Shown piece by piece: positions 35,938-48,690 of a stretch of DNA of 64,000 nucleotides. Position numbers and translations under genes: made by a program. Source of the stretch: Lingula anatina (Eukaryota; Animalia; Brachiopoda); contig CM120644.1 of NCBI GenBank assembly GCA_051362555.1, forward strand, positions 18,064,534 to 18,128,533. The letters run 5' to 3'. The notes beneath the pieces were generated by a model that was not told the DNA's origin, ran no database searches, and saw nothing but the letters and a program-made list of their open reading frames with translations. Numbering within the stretch: the first letter of the stretch is position 1; each line of letters opens with the position of its first letter.

Positions 35938-38513
35938 GTGTGTGTGTGTGTGGGGGGGAGGGGGAGCGGATTCAGAAAAAAAAACAATAAAAATATACAC
36001 AGCAACGTCACACTAGTAGAATATTGTATGGTTATTATAAAGAAAGTAAGCTACATGTACGCATATGACGAAAAGACGAGAAGCAACATCATTCTTACAA
36101 ATATTTTAAGGCACCGGGTGCCTAAGACTGGAAAACTTTCCGAGTTCAAATCACTTCAAACTTTTACACATGTGGCGTGTTACGATTGAAAGAGCAACAC
36201 AAACACATTAGTGTCGGGCTTGTTCCTGCGCACTCATGTTTTGCAATCTTAGTTGAATGTTACCCAATAAAGGTTATTCTGCCGTCTTTGTAACACGATC
36301 AGTTTCATTACCATTTTTTCTGAATTTAATATAACATTGAGTTGCGTGAATAGTTTTCGATATTAATCAAGGTTATTTTGTGCCACGTGTCTTAATTTCC
36401 GCAGTTATGGTAATTTCAAATAATCCCCTGTGGATTGCGACGATCACACATTCATGGCCATTCTATTTTGCTGTAAGAAGGGACCTTTTCCATTCATTAG
36501 TTAATTTATTAACTGGTGCGGTGTACCTCAACGAAACTGTTGCAGATATATCAGCGCCAATTATCCCTCTAAAAAAGAATATTCACCAATTTCGTTATTT
36601 CGAAATCACTTTGAAAACGCGGGTGCGAGCAGTATAGCAAAAGATGGAAAAACCCTGTAAAATCTGGGTTCAACCTGGTGATATGTTTAATTAACTACTG
36701 TCATCGTAGTCCTCGATCATGTCGATTCCACTTCACCGGAGGCAATTAATATGCATTAGACTGTCATCGTCACGAAATCTTTGTATATAACGTTAACAGC
36801 TAGGGGTAAAACATACATGTATCTCTTACTTAACTGACAATAGCCGTGGGTAAAACGTATATACCATGTACTTGAGACATGCTTCGTGTGGGGAAAGGTC
36901 AATGTTAAAGCAAGTCAAAATGCTTAAAGCAGGGGGTGCCAGGTGAACAGATTGCCAGAAACTAGACAATTGACTCCTTCGCATAGCCTTGTACTGTGCC
37001 CTTAAGGCACTTGTATAGTTATATATCTGCATTGTTATATATTCAGTTTGCATGTTAATACCTTATATGTAGCCTTTCCTTAGTAACCTATATGAACGTT
37101 ACAAGCAGACCAAGGGGTTCATGTTTTGTATGCAGATTATTGCATATACCCTAATCAGATTGGAAATTTATCTTTATTAACTACATACGTATATATTCAC
37201 ACTTTTTTCTTCGTCTATCTATCTCTCTATCTGTGTATCAAGTTAATGTACTCGTATTGCTGTGTAGGTGATTCCTTATCTGACGTCCGCCAGACTACTA
37301 TAACTTGGCAACAGAGAGGCTTTAACGAACGCCGTAATTAACGTGTCCTCTTCGTGCGCTTCTCCAGTCTTTGCCGAGAAAACGCATTAAAGACAGCGGT
37401 TCGGAAGTAGGACTTAGGCAACATAAGTTAATGCGACTTTATATGTTCTTAGGTAGGGTGAATTGAAAAGGTGCTTGAATTATCTGTTGCATAAAGAATA
37501 TAATTCCTTGCGATATGCTAGACTAACGGTAGCATAAATGGCAAATTACTTAGACAGCATAGCCAGAGACGAAATTGCATATCGTTTTTGCACGACCCTG
37601 AAGTCGATGGTTCTCTTGGGGTATTTTCATCATGCCTAAAGACGTATTTTGACGCAACATTAGCTGTAAAGCTAAATTTCCATGGTCTCTGGGGGCTATC
37701 TAGTAATAACAGACTAATGTTATAATACTGTGACAGTGGAAGTGGTCGCAGTAAAAGCCGTTCTGTCTAAATCATTGCATCCCCTAAGGAATGTAAGAAA
37801 GATGTCCGCATTTCTGACAGTGTCACGTAATCGCTTATCTTTCAAATCAAGGCAGATTAACTAAAAGTTGGTCGGTAACCGATGCCTATCGTAGCGTAGA
37901 TGGCGGGTGACTTTAATTTGTCTTTACTATTTGATACCTTGAATAGAGTCAATATATTAAGAAAAAGTACATGAATTAATGGCATCCGATAGGGCAATTC
38001 AGATGATGTAATGCCTAGCTACCTACCTAGTGGTGTATTTTTTGCAATTTGAAAACTGTAGAAAAAAAGATGAAAAACTTTGAAAATAACCTACCTTCCG
38101 ACTTTATTATGATGTGAAAGAAACCCCATTATATTAAGCCTCGCATGGTTGTATGCTGTTAGTCCGATTTTCGAGTCCCCTTTGATCAATAAAAGGCATT
38201 CTGATCTTCACAAATATCTTCGAACACTGTTATATTGGTGAAAAAAAGCCAACCTATTCCACGATGAAGAGAAAAAGCACCCAAGAAAGAAGTAAGCTAA
38301 TCGGTTAAGGGTTTGTATCTTTGTAATCTTATTAATGGCAGGGCCAGTAATTTCCACCGTGTGTCATCTAAAAACAACTTGACTGAAAACTAGCAGGTGA
38401 AACGGTCAAGCGACCGGTCACAAACGCCAGGCTTCATTGTAACACACAGAAGCAGCTCTTACATGGGCAATGATATATAAAAAATCACTGACAGCACCCA
38501 TATTTCGCAATCA

Positions 38514-38514
<1 letters not shown>

Positions 38515-38580
<66 letters not shown>
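38515..38580. repeat. (TA)n microsatellite
   Basis: Directly visible. Confidence 0.95.
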
Positions 38581-38581
<1 letters not shown>

Positions 38582-39496
38582 TTGTTATATTTTATTATAT
38601 CCCATATACATATACCGTATTTACATTTAACACATTATGTCAGTTACGACATGGTAACCTTTTTAATACATATATTTTTTTTTATTTTATTTCTTTACTG
38701 GGTATATGATGTCAGTCTCCAACTGTAAATTCTGTTGAAATGTTCTGAATAAATGAAGGCCCTTTTACTGAAAACCGCCACTTTGACTTAATTTGACCTA
38801 ATTACTTGTCGGCTACAAAACTAAAGAGCGAGAAACCGTTTATTCCGTATGTTATGATGTATATTATACGAACCCGGTATATATAAATGCACTCCCCGTT
38901 GACCATCGCGTACAGTTTAACAGACGACAAACCTCAGTGAAAGCCCCAGAAGATTCCGCGTCAAAATATCATCTGATACAAAACACACTGACAACAGACT
39001 GTGTGAAAAGGTTAGCAATTAACAGCCATATACTGCAGTCATCAGCAAATCTTCCCTGTGGAGTTAATTTCAATGAATTGGCCATCCAATGTGACTTATT
39101 TTCTCAAACGAGTCCAATGAAGTATGTTTAATTTGTAAAGGCAAAAACCTTAATACTCTTGGAAATTGTAACAATTTTCCTTTAATCGATCATCAAAATG
39201 TCCCATTCCAAAGCCGTTTCCAGAAAATTGATCCATGGCTTCATTTTAAAGTGCTTAATATTTGGTTTTCAAGCTACTCTCGTAATGAAGAAAGATATTG
39301 CTTGATTCCAGTCGGGAAGGTAAAAACAAAATGTTAGAACTAAAAAAAAAACGTATCTATAAATAAAGATCCTCAAAGGCTTCAAAGTTTGGTGACAAAG
39401 AAAATTCTCAGGAGGGCTAAGGTTTGTTATTGCTTTACAAACGCTTGACTCGCATTTGATGCTTATAACAGGGATGAGTAAGGGTCACAGCTCTAA

Positions 39497-42400
39497 TAGT
39501 CCAAGAAATTGGTGCAGAAAAAAGGGTGAATTGTGCGTTTTTTACCTACAAGCATGAAATTTGCCACAGTTGTAGATAATGGAATTCTAAGCTTTTTTGG
39601 ATATATGGGCATGTCTGAAAATTCCAGTATGGCCGCCAAATCCAATATGGCCGCCACAAATACTCTTTTAAATTAAAACATCTAATATATAGTCCTAAAA
39701 TGGTTTAGAATATCATTTTATAGCTGGAAAATATCATGCTATGAATGAATTATCAATATCCGCTTCTAAAGGTGTATAGAATTCCAAAATGGCCTCCAAA
39801 AGTAAAATAAGCAGTTTACTTACGCAAAATATGCAGCAGTTTTGTAAAATCATCAAGCACTTACAATTACAAGCATAAAAATTGGCACAGTTATGTAGAA
39901 CATGATTCTAAGCAACGTTGGATATAGGGGCATGTCTGAAAATTCCAATATGGCAGCCAATTTCAATATTGCCCCAAAACACCCTTTCAAGGTGAAAGTT
40001 ATTTGTATAGTCTTTTATAAAAATATCATTTAATGGTTAGAAAATACCATTGTATATATGAAGTATCAATATCTGCCACTTAAGGCTTTAAAATTCCAAA
40101 ATGGCCTCCAAAAGTCAGCAGACCACAACTATTGAATTGTAATCATTCGGGAATAGGCATGTGGGCTTTGCAAACTACCTGTATAATCAGTATATTCCTA
40201 CCTCGGCAGGAGCTATTCTACAAAGTTTTTAAAAAACCATCAAGCATGATACATTTATTATGTACTGAAAAAAGTCCTTCTTTTGATAAACCAACATAAG
40301 TAGTTTGACTTTTTGCTCTGGATTCTCATTTAGATCAATTCCCAGTTAAAAATTTTCTTATATGGCACTCATGAGTGACTCCCCCTTTCTAAGAAAAAAA
40401 GTATCGTGCAAAATCCATAAAATGTGAAAGAAACACCAGAATAACTTAGCCTTAAAGAGGCAAATATAAAAAACTTGGGGTGTACCAATTTTGTCTGTTG
40501 GTTATGATTCTTCAGCTAGATCAGTGCATGGCGCTTCATCAAATGCTCATAAATATAACAAAAATGACAGCTAATCAAACATACAGGTCTCAACAATTTG
40601 GTGTTTTTCATTGGTAAAGTACTAAAAGCGGGGCACATTTGCACTCGATAATGTTATGATGTTATCTTGTGCTTCAAAAGTAAATTAGAAAAGCTTCTTA
40701 TTTAAAAAATTGGCTTTAGTACATTCGCAGTAATGGCTACCGAGAATTTAGTGAAAATTTATGAGCAAAGAAATACTTGTACCCCAAACAGAGGGCAGGT
40801 GTTGATACGTGCTGTATCCAAGAGTTGCATTGCAGACTTCACACTTCGTGCACTAAAAAAGAAGCACTGATCTATAGGCGCCAAACTTTGGTTTTCATTT
40901 GATCATTTGGCAACTTGTTTAGTTACAAACTTATACTTTCAAAAAACTGAACATGAAAATAAAAGAATTAAAATCCTCCAGACAGTTAATACATACAAAA
41001 CTTCAAAAAACGATGTATTCTGAGGATTACACCAAGAAATTAGTGCAATATGGACTTTGAAAGGTAAAAATTCATGAGATTTCCGGCATCATTGTCTCTG
41101 TGGGACAATCCAGAATAAAGCCATGAAGAGTATTCACTTACCCAGCTTACAAAATCTACCAGGTAGCTCCTACCACATCCAGGCCTACCCAACTACCAGA
41201 CTCGGCACCTAAGGATCCTGAATTAACCGGTATATCGGACCACGCAGATCGCATTTCGGAGAATCATATCCCAGAACAAATTTTGTAGCACGACTGCGGG
41301 CTCATCCACGCTCGGCTGAACAATCTGAAACTGTACTCTTACTTTAGAGTACTCTATTTTATGGTCTCTATGGGGGTATATGGGGACTGTACGACATTCG
41401 GTTTGAATGTTTTAACCACTTTTGATAGGGCTTTTTTGCATTGTATTAGATTAATGTGGCAGTCTAAGGGTCATCTAGGTGGCTTTCAAATTTATGCGCC
41501 CGGTTTTAAAATCATATAGCGATTTTACGACAATCGTTTACTATCCAATCAAGGTGACAGCGGAGCATGCCAGGGCTCATCCTGTCGGTGTTATGGCTGA
41601 TACTCCGAAATGCGATCTGACACACACCTTGAAAACGGGTAGTGTGGTCCGATATACCAGTTAATTCAGGATCCTTAGGTGCCGAGTCTGGTAGTTGGGT
41701 AGGCCTGACATCTGTTTGTAGTTATGTGTGCAGTTGCTAACTGTGGTGAGGGGAGTCAGAAGCATTGGAAGACTGGTCCTATAAGGGTTCACACTAGTAA
41801 CCTACATCTACTACTATGCCCTACCACACTTTCATATTCCTATTGACCCTCATGCATGTAAACTGATGCTTTCTGGTGTTAAAAACGACCAATGTCTCTT
41901 GTTATTTTGTTGGGGAAAGTGGATTACATGTAGAAGCTTTAGCTTTAAGGAAATACTGGGAAAGCTGAGGGAAACACAACTACTAGTAAAGCTAGGCACA
42001 CATTAATGAATGAAAATTATTTAACCAAATAAGTAGAAATTTTGGTGTAGCTAGCTGTTATCCTCTGTTGAGATATTGTCCATTTACTAAAGTAAAAGGT
42101 TGACCGCCCATAAAATGTGCAACACTTACTTGATAAAATAACTTTCGTTAATTTGAAACTTATTTGTGAAAATACCTTGACATTTTCATATCCTTGACAT
42201 TTATAGAATTGCTGCATGTGGTGTCACAACTAGACCAAAAGGAGTCCTGTTCCATTTTTTATGGTCATTTGGGTCTAAATGTAACTAAAGGAGCGAAAAA
42301 CCAAAAAAGAGTAAAGACTGTTGTCAGTCAGATTATATAGTAGTCTTTTTACTTTAAAAGGGTTTTAGTGGCCATATTAGAATATTCAGACATGTCCCTA

Positions 42401-43421
42401 TATAACAAATTGCTTAGAATCCTGTTCTGTACAATTGAGCCAATTTTCATGCTTGTAGTTTTAAGTGCATGATGAATTCACCATACTGCTGCTGTGAGTG
42501 GCCTGTTTTTCTTATTTTTGGAGGCCATTTTGGATTTCTACACACTTAAAGAATCAAATATTGATACTTCATGCATACCATAGTCTTTTTTAACCATAAA
42601 ATGTTATCTTAAGTTATTATAGGATTATATATACTTGAAGTTTTAATTTGAACGGGTATTTGTGTCGGCTATATTGGATTTGGGGGCCATATATTGAAAT
42701 TTTTAGACATGCTCATACATCCAAAAGTGCTTGGACTCCTGTTTTACAACTGTACCAAATGCCATGCTTGTAGTTTTTGATGAATTATCCACTCTGCTGG
42801 ATATCTTGGATTAGTAGAGTGCTTTTTACTATTGGCGGCCATTTTGGATTTAATACACCTAAAAAAGCAAATATTGATTCTGAATTCATACCGTGGTGTT
42901 TTTTAACCTTTGTATGATATTTACGCCCTTAAAAGACTATATACTTGAAGTTTTAATTAGAAGCCGTATTTTTGGAGGCCATCTTGGATTTGAAGGCCAT
43001 TTTTAAATTTTCGGATATGCCCATACATCCAAACTTGCTCAGAATTTCATTTTCCACAAACCTGCCAAATTTTATGATTGTAGTTTTAAGTGCTTGATGA
43101 ATTCCCCATTCAAATGGATATCTTGAATAAATGGTCTGCTTTTGTTACTTTTGGCAGCCATTTTGGATTTAATACACCTGAAGGATTCATACATGGTGTT
43201 TTCTAACCTTTATATGATATTTTAAGTCATTAGAAGACTATATACTTGAAGTTTTAATTTGAAAATGTATTTTGGTGGCCATATTGGATTTGACGGCCAT
43301 TTTGGAATTTTCGGACATGCCCATATATCCAAATTTGCTTAGAATTTTATTGTCCATAAGTGTGCCAAATTTCATGCTTGTAGGTAAAAAATGCACAATT
43401 TTTCACCAATTTCCTGGACTA
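39497..43421. mobile_element. Non-autonomous Academ-like DNA transposon, 3925 bp, in the large PDFR intron
   Basis: Termini TAGTCCAAGAAATTGGTG ... CACCAATTTCCTGGACTA; 3-bp TSD TAA (39494-39496, 43422-43424); long imperfect TIRs built of ~310-bp units; no intact transposase ORF. TAG termini and 3-4 bp TSDs are Academ hallmarks. Confidence 0.8.
41180..41707. mobile_element. MITE nested in the Academ-like element, 528 bp
   Basis: ~64-bp near-perfect TIR caggcctacccaactaccagactcggcacctaaggatcctgaattaac...; ACATC duplicated on both sides (41175-41179, 41708-41712). Confidence 0.88.
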
Positions 43422-44084
43422 TAATACAATGTGACAGAAACGTGTTTGTCAGAAACACAGATAAGGTGTATTTGGTGGCGAATGAAGTAAGATAAAAGCA
43501 AACAAGTGGTTTAAAATTGTCCCGTTGACAGAGAAATATCCAAAGGCTGACTATCACAACTTGATGTTACACGTCCTATAATATCATATATTTTAATAAA
43601 TCAAAAAGGAAAAAAAAATCAAAAGGGAAAAAAACAGCATCAGCAAATATGGCTTCGTAAGTCTGAACTTGCAAGGCTAATAGAAAACCGCGATACATGC
43701 CACCCACATAATCCCAGAACCGTTTGTCTTTAATTTGTAACATTGCTATATTAATTTAGTGAGAAATATTTAACTCCGCTTGGAACTACATGTGCATCTC
43801 TGTTAGAAACAACAGGAATCAAAATTGTCTTAAGGTTTCACAACCGTGTATACTAAATGAGAGTTCATGCACATGGTAAAATGATTCCACTGGTGCGACA
43901 ATTGTTCATTATAGGTATCGGTATCATCTAAAAACATTCCAACAGCTTCATGACGCCGTCAAAATGACGTCCAATATTCGTCTCGTCTCTCGAAATAATT
44001 GCAATAAAAGAATTTGGACTGCACTGATTTGCTTAATTATTGAATGATGTAAGATGAGACGCATAATATATAAGGAATACCTAC

Positions 44085-44160
44085 CTTTAGGTAGCGCTGT
44101 TCGGGCATGTTTCTGCACACACTCTTCCATTGACGTGATCTTCTGCCAACCACCTGTCAT
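44085..44160 (-). CDS. PDFR: PDFR-like coding exon 1 (exon spans 44085-44207; candidate ATG at 44160)
   Basis: tgtttcag| acceptor; MTGGWQKITSMEECVQKHARTALPK-G|gtaggt; phase 1 joins exon 2 and supplies the first of the six ECD cysteines. True start uncertain. Confidence 0.7.
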
Positions 44161-45264
44161 CCTAACAGAAACGCTTTCAAACCGTGCCTCTCTCTTTAAA
44201 CGTCTGCCTGAAACACAAACAATAAAATTAAGATCACTTTTAATGGCCATCGTTTATGTTGTCCATTCCAAATAACTTGATGATTTCCTCAATTATTACC
44301 TCATCCAACAGGTGCTCGAAATGTTGGTCTAGAACAATTCAAAGTGTGGCTGTCACCGGTAGCCTCAGATGAAAGGATAAAACAGAGGACTGTTGTCTCT
44401 TATATATGCGGAGGTGTCACGCCTGGAACTCCTAAGCCTCAGATATGACATTCACGCCTAACAGGTGTTTCAAGGATGCCTCGGATTACCACACAATTAA
44501 GTGGTGTTAATCTCACTCCCAGGGACGCGTGCATTTAAGTAAGATGATGAAGTGACAAAAATAGTGACAGCTAGGAAACTTATATTGTCACTTACGATTG
44601 TCCATAGAACGACCTTCCCCAATATGTCGCAGAAAGCAATTAAGTCTCTTTGCTTTTATTGACGTCTACTCATGGTATTATTGTCCACTGAAACCTTCTG
44701 ACATTGACACTTTCCTGCCAACTGCCTCGCGTTTCAATACCAGGAATACATGCAAAGTGTACATGAACGGGTAAAACACCACTCCAGATAAAACTGTCAG
44801 TGGGATTAAATCAAATGTCACCAATCAGTTAATATGAATACTCCAGGAAAAAAAAAGATCCATTTTACAATGCCTTCTGTCATTGACCATGAATTAAACT
44901 ACACACTGAATCTCAATCGAAGCACTATCAGCAATTGCCAATTTGTGATCTTATTACAAATATAACCTTTCATAGAGATTCCGTTCAAAGAAGCGACGAT
45001 TCCCCCGATGCTTGTTGATTGTCCATTGAGTCCCCATTATTCGTAGAACACACCACAACTAGCATTTGGTAAGAAAAACTAGGTGTGTGCGCAATGTTTA
45101 GATAAACAGGAGGGTGAATGAGTATCAACAAACAGGAAAAGGTGTCAAGTTAAATAAGCATTCAGTGTTTTCTTTCCCATATTCTACGATTAACATCACT
45201 TCATTTCGTGATTTCAGGTTTCGGCTTAGAGAAGTTTGAATTTTACTTTGGCATTGAAATTCGC

Positions 45265-45269
45265 AAAAA

Positions 45270-45360
<91 letters not shown>
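45265..45360. repeat. poly-A plus (TA)n microsatellite
   Basis: Directly visible. Confidence 0.95.
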
Positions 45361-45365
<5 letters not shown>

Positions 45366-46513
45366 GCTATTTAATTGCTGTAGGATGACATTCAGTTACG
45401 TGGAACATAATAATAAGATACAACGCGATCAGAAAAAAACACTTTATCATAAATCTAAATAAACGATGTCTCTGAAATGCCACGGTCTTTTCACTTCATA
45501 AAAGTCATCACTTTTGTTCAGCGCATTAATTACCAATGCAATATTTATGACGGTAGGAAGCCATTCCAGCTAAGAAAGATGCATTTTCGTATTCAGCTCT
45601 CATCTGCTTAAGCGCCGCATAATTGACAGACAATGTCTTTACGGGAGAAACAAAATGAATACTTAGATGATATCAGGAAGTTTTCTCAGTGTGGCAATGA
45701 TTGAACTGATGGACGGAAGTTAGGGTCTTTCCTGAAAGTGACGCCGAAAGCCAGATCGGCCATCGCCTTCATTTTGCTATTTGACAGATCCACTGCACTG
45801 CAATTGGATGAATCATAAGCATTTTTGCAAGCTCAGACAAGCTCAAATGATTAAATGACAGAAAAATGGTAGTGGTACATGTATGAAGTTGAATAATGTG
45901 GACAGTTTTGCTCTGCAATCTTTATATCATAAAGGTTAAGTATAGGCTTGCTTGCATTGGTTCCAGCTATACATAGTCAAACCTCTTATAACACTTCATT
46001 TTGTAAACTGAGCTGATATGAGTTAAAACCATGCCATTCCTAATTTGATCTAAATAACGAAAAAGTAGAAGAAGGGATTATATTAAATGCTGCAATGTTA
46101 ATAAGGAAAGGGTGATATTTCACACCGTTCGATGTACAATTAAAACTACAGTGTATATATTACCCGCAGCTATACTGTGTAGTGTCGCACAGTGTTTTAA
46201 TTTAGAATGGACAAAAACAATGCAACGCACGTGAAATTAACAGGTAGCCGTCCACGGTCACATGTCATATATCATGAAACTCGCCCCTTGATATAAAGGT
46301 CACACCCGTGGAGTTCTGAGCCCTAGATCCCTGACTTAAGACTTCATGGTGAGACGAATTGCCCTTTGTCACATTGGATAAACTGTTTCCTGTTGACCGC
46401 CTGGTGTTTATGAGCCATACCGTACCATTAAAACAACGTTGTGCATTTGCAATAAGGTGCCTACGTGCACATTAAAAACTTGTGCTTTCTTGCAATATGT
46501 TGATGAACCTATG

Positions 46514-46515
<2 letters not shown>

Positions 46516-46579
<64 letters not shown>

Positions 46580-46644
46580 CAATGATCCACGTTCAATGCA
46601 AAATATTTTAACGAAGAAACGGGGATTATGAAACGACCAATATG

Positions 46645-46689
<45 letters not shown>

Positions 46690-46709
46690 ACACACACATA
46701 TATATATAT
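46516..46709. repeat. (GA)n and (CA)n/(TA)n microsatellites
   Basis: Directly visible. Confidence 0.93.
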
Positions 46710-47238
46710 GCCTAACGTGATGGACAATGCAGGGCTGAAGCAACAATGCTCTATTTTTTATTCCACATTGCCATTTATTAAACGTCGGCAATATAAATTA
46801 CGTAATAACTCATCGGCTTACTTTACTTTCATTTTCCTGTTACTATTTTCCTGTACTGACGTACTTTTTCGCGTGTCTAATTTCTTCTCGTTACTTTATG
46901 CTTCATCTTGAACAATCGCCTAAAGCCAATTTTCTTAATGTTCCATTTCCCATGAACTTCGTTATTTCTGTCACGCGTGACAGTTTACATGCACATTTGA
47001 TATTTTTTTAGGCGTTTTGATCTTGGAACAATATCAACAGCAACACAGCATGTATAGCGTACGAGTCATATGAAACGACGTGACAGACGCAAAACGAAGC
47101 CATCGCCTAGATCGTGTGCCACGTACAACTGTACATGTAGCTCCAAGGTGGACTCTCTACCTCTCTCTTTCTCGATCTGTCACTTGGGAACAAAACTCTG
47201 ACGAAAAAGAAACATATGCTTTGTCATTATACTCGAAA

Positions 47239-47272
<34 letters not shown>

Positions 47273-48317
47273 CTGCAGCAGTGAAAACACTGCAATGCCT
47301 TCGACTACAATCAATTGACAAAGCCAGAGGTCTTTCTGCCCGAACATGACACCGTGCGTATTTAACCAAAAAGTCACGTAAACTGTCGCAGTATCGATAT
47401 CTGAGACTGCTGGAAAATGTCCTCGTGTTCTTAAGTTCCAAGGGGAAAATCATTATGAAAAAAAGGCAAGATGAAAAGGCAGGCAACGATACATTTGTTT
47501 TCGTTTCTCTGCGGAAAATAAAGACAATGTCAGGGATTCCAATCACTTATTCTTTGACTAATAGCGTTTTCCATTTCATTAAAATACCTTATCGAGAATA
47601 ATAAAGAAAGAATATTTGCTAAACCATGGCTTTGTATAGAAGGAAATTGAACAATATCTCCATAAACAGCAAAGCCTGTATATTCCCTAATCACATATTT
47701 TAAAAGGCTTAATCACAGAAGACAGTAAAATAATGATGTAATCGCGCAAGGTAATGGTGGCATTTTAAGTAATTGACAATTGCCTTTATTCAGTTTATGC
47801 AATCTCACTCTCCATGGAATAGAAAAACGAGTTAGCCTCTTGAATCTGCTTGTTCTCCATAAATCACTGAAAGGCAGTGTAGGCCTATAACTTTTCGAAT
47901 TTAATCAAACGTGAGAAACGGCGTCTAAAGCACCATTAACGTTTGCAAGTTTCCCATGATAACGTTCAATGGGAATAGACACTAGTCTATGCTTCTGTGT
48001 TTGATCTTTCAGAGTCACGAAAGCTTTATTTCCAATTTGACGTTGTCTTGCGTTCGTTGGGAGTGCTTTTGGTAGCAGACCGGGTAGGTCAAAATATAAT
48101 GTCTATAACCATAAGGTGCATTCACCGAGTGACCAGCATGACTGCTACATTTTCCATGGTCGCTACACTTCTATGTCAAATTGCTCTATTATGGCCATTT
48201 TCACCAATGCTGTTGGCCTTTGTTTTCATGACTGCAATTATAACGACACCTCCTCCTTCTCCTGCCCCTTCGGTTACATGTACATTCTACTAAAACGACT
48301 ATCACCACCACCGCCGT

Positions 48318-48481
48318 TGTAACGAAACTGAGGGTCCGTGTAACTGATTGTCCGTCCTCCATTTAGTTATAATGGTTAGGGTTAGCCTGACCTAAGTGTG
48401 TTAAAATCTAGGACAAGTTTTACCTGTACAAATGAAGAGGAAGTAGGCTCTCTATCATGGGGGGCTCTCTGTCGTGTTACA
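48318..48481. mobile_element. Ginger-like MITE, copy 2, inverted relative to 6228-6390
   Basis: TGT...ACA termini with CCGT/TCGT flanks; 48356-48398 is an exact 43-bp reverse complement of 6311-6353. Confidence 0.7.
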
Positions 48482-48589
48482 TCGTCATCACAAATGCTAC
48501 TTCTACCTGCGCTAACATCACTACTACTACTTACTGATGCTCCTGTTACCAATACTGTTGCTGCCTTTAATCTGTTTGTGGACACCAGT

Positions 48590-48690
<101 letters not shown>

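Noticed and set aside
40200-42300. Possible transposase remnant in the Academ-like interior
   Set aside because: No long ORF and no catalytic motif that I can recognise with confidence
42360-43400. Regularly spaced repeats resembling a CRISPR array or satellite
   Set aside because: Whole ~310-bp units are homologous with no unique spacers; they are transposon subterminal repeats in eukaryotic DNA, with no cas genes
47157-47400. Candidate upstream coding exon for PDFR (donor near 47160)
   Set aside because: The long open frame would end in phase 2, not the phase 1 needed at 44207, and has no convincing signal peptide; could still be a non-coding exon
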